Below are positions 26,904 to 37,800 of a DNA stretch of 64,000 bases, piece by piece; positions within the stretch are counted from its first letter, which is position 1, and each line of letters starts with the position of its first letter. Both the position numbers and the translations under genes were made by a program. The stretch spans positions 22,692,001-22,756,000 of the forward strand of contig NC_087254.1 of assembly GCF_037042905.1 (NCBI RefSeq), read 5' to 3'. The notes below the pieces were generated by a model. That model was not told where the DNA came from, did no database searches, and saw only the letters and a list, made by a program, of their open reading frames with translations. This DNA comes from Lytechinus pictus (lineage: Eukaryota).

Positions 26904-27802
26904 TCATGTCAGCCATCTCTCACAAACCGTTAAGGCGTAGACATAAGACCGGGCTTTGGAATTTCTTTGTCCCAAAAATGGATTTTTTTTTTTGTTTTGT
27001 TTATTTCTGCCTTGAACGAAAATTCCTTGAGGATTATCAATTTTGAAGTATTCAGAGATTAAGGAACGAAAATCACTTTGTTCAGAGAAAAGAATCGGCC
27101 AGAAGGGTGCAGACGGCCAGAAGGGAACAACCAAAGTCCCCCTAGCAGAACGAACCTTCAGATGCTTAAGTACTTGTCCTATACATTCGATAGGTGGAAC
27201 CAACCAATTATTCTCGCCCGACCAATCACATGAGAAGGAATCAACATGACCTGTTAGGGGACACCAATATTTAGAATTGAACTTCTTAATTTTGAAATTA
27301 AAATCGTCCGCAAATCTTTCCACAGTGTGAGGGCCCCAGATTTTGTCCAAAAATCCGAAAAATTCATCTGACACACCCCAATCATCAAAATCTATGATGC
27401 GACTTAGTGCATCTGCAAAACGGTTCTCCTCTCTGGGAACCCAATGAACGTGAAGACTAATGTGGTTTCTTTTACACAAATCAAAGATGTGTAAACTCAT
27501 CTCATGCGATTCTGCAATCATATTTCCTTTATTTACAATCGATTCTACTCCTTTATTATCACAGAAGACCTTGACAGTTTTATGTCTCAAGTGAGATGCA
27601 AATGTTCGAAGTGCCATAGTTACTGACTTGAGTTCTCTCCAAGTGGAGCTTTTAACCATTTCAAACTCAATCCAATCTCATCCCATTTCATGCCTGCGCA
27701 CTCAGAAACCCAGACCCCGCAGCCTGATGGACTTGCATCAGAATAGATGAAAGTCTGTGGAACTGAATAAGCAGAAATAATGTTTACGTTAAGAATATGC
27801 AC
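26904..27802 (-). pseudogene. RNase H plus DNA N6-adenine methyltransferase-like domain of the PAT-like element
   Basis: RNase H motifs YSDAS, SSTWREL, CDN and WVPREENRFADALSR. These are followed by WGPHTVERFA..FNSKYWCP..DWSGENNWLVPP..GTLVVPFWPSAPFWP, the DIRS/PAT MT domain. Confidence 0.88.
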
Positions 27803-28810
27803 ATTCTTCTCCAGAAGAAGAACACGAATATTAAATCATCACTATTGATCACATTATGTCCTATCCCAATGTACCCTCCGGATGATTTCGTGATGCATAA
27901 ATCTGGTTTTAAAATGAGTAACTTTGCCAAACACTGGATACAATGTATCTTTCCAACTATAACTACGATCTTTCGTGCTGAAACCTCGGGCAATTCTGCT
28001 TGAAATGAATCTAAACATAACTCAAGATCCTTCATCCTTCTTTCAGTAATCTTTATATAAGCTACTCTGCTTTCCCGTGGTAATCCTAACCAATCCAAAC
28101 ACTGGACAGGAGTCCATTGAGATATTTCTCAACATCTGGTATCAAACCTGCTTCAAGTATGTCATTTTTCACCGTCTTGACCATAGTATCATATGAATCA
28201 AAGGAAGCAGCACGACCCAATCATCTATATACAAAGCAATGAAAATACCATTTCTACGCCAATGATTAACAATAGGCTTGAATCATGTAATGAAAACAAA
28301 GGTAGCTGTTGCCAACCCAATGGCAAAACCTAAAAAGAGAAAAACCTTGTACCACTACCAAAATCCCAACTAAATCCTACAATTGTCCATGCACTTGAAA
28401 AATGTAATAATGATGATAACCTTGCTTAAGTTCAAAGGAAAGCATAAAATCTCCCTTTTTTAAATAAGACATGACTACATTCCATAATAGTGTTCTTCCA
28501 CAAGTGTTAGTTGACATAACGTAAACCAAGAATCAGTCTCTTTTTATATCTGAACTCTGAATTGAATCTGAAAGGGGGTTAACATCATGGGGCGCAGTGG
28601 TGGATTCAACAACCAAACCATTTTTAATAATAATTCGTTAATGGCTTCAGAAACGAAATCGGGATCGATGTCAATGCTGACTTATCATCTTATTATAAGG
28701 TACACTTGTAACCGTGTTCAGTGACATCTACAGCAATTTGAGATGCATCAGTTGATTTCCAAATTGTAAGGAAGCATTCAGTCTACCTTTAACCAAAGGT
28801 TCTGAATTTC
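27784..28810 (-). pseudogene. Reverse transcriptase of the PAT-like element (multiple frameshifts)
   Basis: VKGRL (about 28790), FMLSFELKQGYHH (about 28410-28450), frameshifted LP-GLATA (about 28305-28330), IALYIDD (28221-28241), WLG. Confidence 0.85.
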
Positions 28811-29186
28811 ATTGATCATACTCATAATTTATCAAATAAAATTCTTCCTCCTACCCTGCACATCTTGTCAAATCAACAATAAGTTAACGTTACTCGATGT
28901 TTCCCAACCGAAACAATGCTCTGTTTCTGTATTTCTTAATTTAGAAGGGCCCGCTGACGGACCAGGAGTAGTCAATATATTCCAGATTGTTTGATCTGTG
29001 TCATATCTATGTCTAGGTTCATTAGTTAAAGGTGGAATTTAACCAAAATAACACATCTTTTCTTAACATATAATTATGGACTGGGTAGGATCAAGATAGA
29101 TTGCTTTGCTACGCGCTTCTGATCATTCTACTCTTTAGTTTTCAAATACCACACTTCGTCAAATACAGAACAAAACTGACATTTAC

Positions 29187-30173
29187 CTTGCTCATTTGAC
29201 CATGATCAATGGATCCTTTAACTCTGTTGAGCATTGTTATCTCTGAAGGATGAATCTTGCTTCCTGATACCTGGGCAACTTCTCCACTGCCCGTGTCTAC
29301 CACAGGCAAAACATTCGTCGGTGGTCTGAAGCCACTTGCATACCCGCGCCAACTATTTTGTACATATAAGTTGGCAACACTGCCAAGCGAATATCGATTT
29401 CTTGAGAACCTTGAAAATTTTCAACATTCTTGCCCAATATAACCCTTGTTTGTTGAACGAAATACCTTACGCTTTCTATTTACACAAGCCTGAGCTTGCC
29501 TCATTCTTTTCTCCCTCATCAGAGTCGCATGTTATTAATTAAAACACTCAAGTATTCATCCACTGCGGACCAACCTAAAATATAAAAATTATCTCTTTAT
29601 ATTTATTTGATTAATCTCCCATAATTAAGTCATATAAAGTAATTCCGCTGAAAAACGAACAGCTTCCATTAACAACATTAGGCCATATCTATTATGTACA
29701 ACCGTTCATAAATTTCAAAAGCAATAGCCTAGTTTGGAATTTTCATTCATCTTTATCTCACTAACCTGCTTCAGATTCATCTGCTTTTCTGATATGTTTC
29801 TTCCTTTTTGTTATATCTGCAATACCTTCCTTCAGCAAAGCAAGGGCTAGCCGCGCCCGCTGCTTACCTTACTCTAATAAGGCCAATTTCTTATCCAACT
29901 CCTCCTGGCGTCTAGAATTATATTCATATTGTACCTTATTACCTTTCGAAAGACATCTCCGACGCCCTTTTTTAGTTGTAGAAGCTCCGCTGACCCGGGC
30001 AATGTATCAAGAATCAACATAATCAAACAGCCAGCCCAATCTTTAAACGAGCCAATGCTTCCTTTGTAGCATTGCTTACAAGAAGGCGAAGGGACTCCAG
30101 ATTATTGAGTAGAATTTTCTGAAACTGCCTTTAATTTGTGGCCTAACCCGAGGTTAATTTCTTGATTCGCCAT
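29187..30173 (-). pseudogene. gag-like ORF1 of the PAT-like element, interrupted by a GT-AG intron-like insert (29575..29765)
   Basis: KGNKVQYEYN...GIADITKRKKHIRKADESEAG|WSAVDEY...EKRMRQAQ, plus a degenerate zinc knuckle CFACGRHGQWRSC at about 29275..29313. Confidence 0.75.
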
Positions 30174-30258
30174 TATTTTATATTTAACATCGAATCCAAA
30201 CGTAGATCTATTACGATAAGGCCTATAGAGTTTAACACGTGGAAGAAGCGTTGATAAA

Positions 30259-30383
30259 AAGACGTCCGTACTGTGCTGTGTCGAACTCGGTCAGTGAATT
30301 CCGAATCGTTTAGGAATTCAGACACTCCTCACGCAAGCATTGTTATGCTAATCGGATACTTCTGCTAAGAAAAGAAAATGTAT
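30259..30383 (-). repeat. 5' split direct repeat A1
   Basis: Matches 24729..24853. Confidence 0.93.
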
Positions 30384-30990
30384 AGGGTTATAAGAAGGAC
30401 AACAATGAGGGTGACGAAGATGATTATGAGGGTAATAGGAAGGTCGACAATGAGGGTGACGAAGATGATTATGAGGGTAACAAGAAAGACAACAATGAAG
30501 GTGACGAAGATGATTATGAGGGTTATAAGAAAGACAACAATAAGGGTGACAAAGATGATTATGAGGGTTATAAGAAGGACAACAATGAGGGTGACAAAGA
30601 TGATTATGAGGGTAACAAGAAGGACAACAATGAAGGTGACGAAGATGATTATGAGGATAACAAGAAGAACAACAATGAAGGTGACGAAGATGATTATGAG
30701 GGTTATAAGAAAGACAACCATAAGGGTGACGAAGATGATTATGAGGGTAATAAGAAGGACAACAACGAGGGTGACGAAGATGATTATGAGGGTAACAAAA
30801 AGGACAACAACGAGGGTGACGAAGATGATTATGAGGGTAATAGGAAGGACAACAACGAGGGTGACGAAGATAATTATGAGGGTTATAAGAAGGACAACAA
30901 CGAGGGTGACGAAGATGATTATGAGGGTAATAAGACGGGTAACAATAAGGGTGCTGAAGATGATCATAAACGGGGAGGCAAGGAGGTGAA
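30384..30990. repeat. 45-bp minisatellite, right arm (about 13 units)
   Basis: Same unit; resumes exactly where the left arm was interrupted. Confidence 0.95.
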
Positions 30991-33900
30991 AACAAGAGAT
31001 AATAAGGGAGAGCGCAAGAAAGGACGACGACGAGTTTATGGATCTTGTTCGTCACAACTTTGTTGTCTTCTTATCTGCTTTGTTATTCACTCTGTCAACC
31101 TCATATTCTACCTGTTTATTATCCTTATTATCTTCTTTGTCATCCGTTTTATCTTTCTCCTTATCCCCCTCGCTACCCACTTCGCTGACGTCCTTGTCAT
31201 CATCTTTGTATTTTCTCCCTGTCATACACCTCTCCCCCTTCCTGCATTCATCACATTCTGTTCGCAAACCTGCTTATCATCGTCATCAATGTTTTCATGG
31301 TGATTGGACTCGCCACCCTCATTTTCTAATGAAAATATTTCTTTCCCATTCATCTCGTGGGGCCAATCTTATGAAGTAGGACAGGACCCAGGCCAATTTC
31401 TGCGTAAATGTCATTCTTCTAGCCATCCTTCTTCTTGACATTTCCTCGATTCCCTCCTTATCACACTCATTATCCAGCTCGTCACCCTCCTTGGCTCCTT
31501 CCTTATAATTCTTGTTTTCCTCTTCATATCATCTCCTTCCTTTATTCCTATCTATTATCCCTTTTATTCAATTCGATATCCTCCATGTCTCCTTCCTTAT
31601 CAATATCGTTGAAAATTAGTACGGGGGCAAAATGGCGTAAAGTTGCCAGAAGCGAAGTGAGCGAGGAAAATGTGACGTTTTTAAAATGAAATTGAATTTT
31701 GTGAGAGAAATAATACCCCAAAACTAACTTCACATTTTACCCTTTCCCTTTAATTTCCTCTACTTTCCTTCTTCTTTGTGTCCGTTCTATTTTTTAGGGG
31801 ACATCCAAGTGCCCCATTTGTACGCCAGTGATATGTGTAAGCATTTTCTTTCCAACATTATAGGCGAATATTTAATTCCAATTGTACTATCATACTGTCA
31901 CGGGATTCGGTTCGCAAAGGCTTTTGCAATGACATGACTGGACGTGGGTCTGTACTAGAGGAGGTGATACATGGATGGGGTGATCCCCTTTGTTTTCCAA
32001 GTTGTAGGGGTAAAGAAAATAAGAAATAGAAGAAAGAATAAGAAGGGTATCAAACACAAAGATTTTGGTCATATAACCACGATAAATCAGTAGTACCCTT
32101 GTTATTCAATTGAGAATAATGACGTCAGCCGTGCTTAAATGAATACGTAAATTTCAAAATGCTTCAATAAATATTCAGTTTGTATTATGCATACATTTAC
32201 TTGGTCCGTTGGTATACGTTATATCTATATACAGCTGGATGTTAGCAGTAAATTGAGTCCTGTACATATAAATGGTATGTATTTCAAGACGTAACTTTTG
32301 GCATAAGCCAAGTAACACCATACTTATGTTTGTTTGGGGGACAAACTTTTACAACCATCGGTATTGAATAACCTTTACATAAACTAATTAGTGTAGTGCT
32401 ATTATGTATACGGTCAAAATCCCAATATTTCATAATTATGATGATGGCAATAAAGCATCATTGCGGCTGTTTTATCTCTTGCCAAAACAAATATTGGCAA
32501 ACGATACTGGCCTACTTTATTTCATAAAAGATCCAAGCATTGCGGGTTTTGCATAATTTCCCTATTGTCAAATAGGGGAAAGGTTGTTTATGACAACATT
32601 TGCTCAATTTATCCACAAAACCAAAACCAATTAACTCCAAATTCATGAAATTACAAATATTACATATAAGATGAAATCATATGTCTTGTCAATTGTGATT
32701 CCAGTGTCCTATCTTACAAAGAGTTGCGATAAACTCAAATTATCTTTGATCAAAATTTCTGTAGTGAAGAGATGGGACTTTCAGGTCAATCGCACTTTGT
32801 GTTTGAAATAAAATTGATGTCTCCCAACTGTTTTAGACGGGCTTCTGATCTTCTTTTATACACTGTATAAATACACTGATTGGAATTTTAAACAATGCTG
32901 TTTAAGCCCTTTACTCCAATAACTTATAAAAAAAAACCTTTTTGTTTAAACAACAGTTGTTATAGTGACGACCTAAAACAGCGTTGCTTAAAATTTTAAA
33001 CAATGTTTCTATAATGTACACAAGGCCCCGTATCACATCAATCTTTGCGACAACTTAGAAAATTCAAAGCGATTATGATTGATTGCCATTACAGGTTGGT
33101 TATCAATTTTGAACAAATTGTGCATGTACCAATGATCTTATTGCCAATTTCGTTTTTAACGATTTACTGCTAATTTACTGTGTTTTTATAGTACATAGAA
33201 TGCAAGAATGCAACACATTCGATATGATACTAAACGATTTTCATTGTCCTATTTTTTAAAATTCTAATCTAATAGGGTTCTCATGTGTTTTATCACTTAG
33301 TGTATATTCCTAACCTTATCATTTAAATCGTCGCTAGTAGCCTAAACAAATTTGCAAATTCATATCCCAAATTATTGCAATTATGAAACAAGACAGTTGG
33401 ATAATACAAATCAACAAAAGCCTGATTACTTAACCAATCATAATCACGATGAGCGAATTTGGAAGCCTTGGTCCCTTATCTATCTCAAGTTAGTATAGGC
33501 CTACCTCCCATTCCATGTTTATCGACCAATCAATCGGCTTAATCATTTATGGATCCACTGAGATTTGAGAAGGCTAGTTGGTAAACAAAGATCTATAAAA
33601 ATAGGGTTTTGGGAATAGTTGTGAATTGATATTCATCCGAAGCAGACGGGATAGAAATAATTGGATAGAGGTGAGAGATCGTTTTTTTAATTGCTTTGAT
33701 ATTTTTTTACGATTAAATTCAAACAGAATCATATCTTTAATTATGTCCATGGTGTAGTGCATGGTCATTATTTATTCCGTCATTTGTGTATGAAATGTGA
33801 AAGAGATTTGTACCGTTTCATTTCGGATTTTCATTTCCTTTCTTTTACAATGCAAACATGCATTCGTCAGTAATCTTTGAGGTTTGTTCATTGTAAATAA

Positions 33901-36062
33901 GTTGATAGAATAGATTACACTCAATTGATGCATATGGAAATCATTTATTTTTATATCGTCACCCTGAATATATGTTTATATGCCTTTTAAAGGAGAAATA
34001 TATTTTTGTACATAAAGGGGAATGCTAAATGTATAGGTGTAGAATCGTTCAAAGAACCAGCACTCTAAAAACAATAAGTAAAATTTTACCCAATATTGGG
34101 TAGAAAGCAGCGGCGTACACAGGATTTTCCCAAAGGGGGGTACATTTTTTGGAGGATATTTCGTCCGCGAAAAAATTTGACAAGCAAAAAAAAAAAGGTC
34201 TTCAAGTTCAAAAGAGGGGGCACACATTTGTTCTCATTGCATTTTTACATTACAAATTATTAATTATGCTTCTCAAGGGGGGGGGGGGCACGTCCCCTGG
34301 ATCAGTTGTGACTCGTCAGGGGGCAATCTGCCCCCCCCCCCCCTTAGGTACGCTAGTGGTAGAAAGGGAGCATGCATGTTTGCTGGGCATGTTTTAAAGC
34401 CAATATTGGCCAATTTCAACGCAACATTGAGTCAAATTTAAAAAATAATTTACAACATATCTTTTTACCTAACCAACTTGCATGTTCCCATTTTATTCAA
34501 TATTGGGTAAACCTTTTTAGAGTTAGTTAACAAGCACATAGCGTGCATAAATATGTGCAATTTAGGCCTACTATTGAATTTGTTAAGCAGCTGCACGTCA
34601 CTTTGATTGGTGTGTTCTATGCTCCATTCCCATTCGCCTGAATGACATGGATTGATAATGAAACACGTTGATTTTTTATTAAATATATTTTCATTGTTTA
34701 TTATAGCCCATATTATAGCAGTGAATTGTTAGTGAGATAACGTCTTTGTAAGGAGTGTACATTTAATTTGGTATGTATGAATATTCAAAGATGCCATGGA
34801 ACTTGCATGCCATTACCACATTTCGATTTATATTGATAGGATACCTCCCTTATATCAAATACAACAGCTTTGAATTTGTTTACACTCGTGTCCTTGCGCA
34901 TGAATGTAATTATCGTTAAGGACGATCATCCATAAACTAAATCAACACTATCACGCGGACTGACCGGTGATCTCTGCAGGTCCAGGCTAGAGGGAGACCA
35001 CTAGTTTGATATTAACAAATGATACAATTCATTTAACATGATGTGCATTATTCATCGTTTGAGTTTAAGTGGTGATTGTATTATCAACCAGAGCAATAAA
35101 ACAATAAAATTAAGCATGTTAAGTGAAGTGTGCATGAGTCATTAAAATAGATATTAAAAATACTTACCTAAATTAGTGTGAAACAGATCATTCGCTTAAA
35201 TTGAATAGAAGGATCTGTCGTTGTCGCCCTCTTCGTTTGAAATATGTTGTGTTTTTAAACAATATTTTACCTCGTCCTCACTCCTTCCAGTGCGCACCCA
35301 TCAAAGAAAGTCAGGAAAAACGCTAAAACAGTTTTTCTCTGTCAATCATTTATTCTTCAACATGGTTGTAAATTCATCATTCGAGCATAGAGCTATTAAC
35401 AGATAATAATAGCTCCATGATTCGAGATTAATCAAAATTCAGTTATTTTTTTTTCAATCTCCATCGTAAGTTCGGGCAGATTCAATAAATATATTAGCCA
35501 AGAAAGGTACAAGGTACAATTATCTGTAAATACGTTTTCTTTTCGAAAGCATTTGTCTTTCGTCATATAAAATACCCATAAATCATTTATGGAAAAGCAG
35601 GTCCTTAAATAAATATATAGTATAAGCAATAAGTATATAAACCCTTCTTCACCTTCAGTCATCATGATAATTGTAAATAGATGTCAATTTCAAATACGAA
35701 CAGATCCAGTGCCATAGGATGGCAAGGGGTGAACTCCCCATAGATTTTTAAGTCGTCAAAGTAAAATGAGAAGAAAATTATTATAAAGGGGAAGGCAAGG
35801 GAAGAACATTACTGAAAAGAGGGTACTGTTTCATAGAACAAATACTCCTTTTAAGAGAAAAAAAACTACGCGACCCTTAGGTCCCCTTGTACCAGATTAA
35901 AATACCCTAACGCCCAATGGTTATAATATAGCCTTCAATATCAATTGATGAGTAAATAAGTGCAAAGAATCCAAAACACTTTAATTGTTATAATGCTCTT
36001 TATTTCATTTCTTATTTCAGTATTTTGACTAGAAGGTTGACAAATCGGCTTGATAATCAACC

Positions 36063-37800
36063 ATGGCGTCCGAGCATGATTTCCTCTTCTTATTCTTGGC
36101 GCTCTTCTCGCTCGTCATGTTTATTTTAACACAAGTCCTCAGTGCTCTAGCTACTGTACCTGGGGATCCAGCTGGTAAGTAACCATGGCAACAATACATC
36201 ATCATTATCAAATGGCTATGCTTATCTTAAAATCTGTTATAGGTTTGTTAATCCCTTCAAGAAAGTCATCAAACATAAAACCAATTACGTTTTTTTCTTT
36301 CAGGTTGGTTTCCTAACACCACCGAAGAAGTGTCCGATGCGTACCCGGTCCTGGTTACCCCAGCAGGATGGACCTTCCTAGTCTGGGCTGTCATCTACAT
36401 CTGGATGCTGATCTATGTCATCTACATCCTTACCACCATCTGTCGAAGGAACAAGAACGGACCGGTCTACATGAACCCACCCGTCATCACAGCAAACTTC
36501 CTCGCCTTCTTCACGCTGAACCTCGCCTTCAACATCGTTTGGTTGTTCTTGTTCAGTAGGGGGGAGTTCGCCTGGTCGTTGGCCGATTCGTGCCTGTTGG
36601 CGTTCTCCGCCTATATCTGTCTCTGGATCAGTCATCGCAACGTGGAGAAATATCGTGACGTCATGGAAACTAATCACAAGTAAGATGATAATCATAATGA
36701 CTTGTATTCATATTAAGGTGGAAGTTGTTGAGTGTGTCGCCCTCTTGCTAGTGGCATATCTAGAGGATGACGATGGACTTGTGTGTGGACGATATTTTCT
36801 GGGGCGCACAAAAAAGAAGAGAGAGAGGTATTTAAAACCAAAGTATCCTCAAGAAAGAGGAAGGCCAATCGTCTGATGTGATACCAGAGGCAACATTTTT
36901 AGAAGATGGAACGAGTGCGGCTTGCCACTTTGGATCCACCACTATATCGCTTTAGCCCATGCTCACATCAGCAGTAGATGGGAAGATGTAATGATATGTG
37001 TGTGTGGGAGGGGGGGCACAGTGTGACTATGTAGGGTGATGGTAAAGTGTGCGTAGTCATTTGTGTGTTTGTCACATACCCGTTAAAATGTGTACGTTAA
37101 CTTTGTTAGATTATTTGAGCGACTTAACGATTTATTGTTACAATGTTCTCTAGAGTGGAGATTGTGTTTAAACTGTAGGTCTATGTAGGCAGGTCAGAAT
37201 TCATTGATTCTGTGTAATGAGAGAAGTCATTCCCATATCATAAATGAATTATAAGTGATTCTATGAATTATTTTGTATTTTTCATCTTTCAGGGTAGATC
37301 TGTGGTGCAATCGAATCCTTCTTCAGAATGGTTTAGCTGTATACGCAACGTGGACCACCATCGCAACACTGATCAATCTCTCCATCGCCCTCACCTACCT
37401 TGCTGACGTCAAGAACATATCAGCTAGTCTCATCTCTCTCTCAATCCTCACCGCCGAGGTCGTCGTCTATTTCGTCATCGATACGTTCTACTGGGACCGA
37501 TACCTTCGTTATACATTCACCGTCTACCCCACCGTCATTTGGGCCCTGTCCGGGGTCCTGTCCGAGAATTGGGACCAGGACACGAAGACATCGATCTTCA
37601 ACGCCGTTTTGCTGGCAGTAGGATGTCTATGTTTCGTCATTAAGATAGTCTTGGTGGTGTTTGTTAGGGACCAGTTGGATTCCAAACCTTTTCCACAATC
37701 ATCAGGGAAAGTTAATAAGTACATGCTAAATGACGAGGAAAGTGACGTGCCGAGTATCACAATGACAAATAAGAAGCTTTACGATAATGCAGTTAATTAA
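36063..37800 (+). CDS. TspO/TSPO-like membrane protein, paralog 4, 331 aa. join(36063..36174, 36304..36679, 37293..37800)
   Basis: 996-nt open spliced frame (MASEHDFLFL...; YPVLVTPAGWTFLVWAVIY; GPVYMNPP; NLAFNIVWLFLF; QNGLAVYATWTTIATLIN). The 376-nt middle exon is conserved. The third intron of the other paralogs is absent. Upstream acceptor at 36020. Confidence 0.92.

Larger units (their letters stand above)
24383..30383 (-). mobile_element. Full-length (6,001 bp) but coding-defective PAT-like tyrosine-recombinase retrotransposon (DIRS order) with split direct repeats
   Basis: Element orientation is A1(30259..30383)-gag-RT/RH/MT-YR-B1(24854..25024)-A2(24729..24853)-spacer-B2(24383..24553). 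No TSD. RT, RNase H, methyltransferase-like and YR motifs are all recognisable. Confidence 0.92.
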
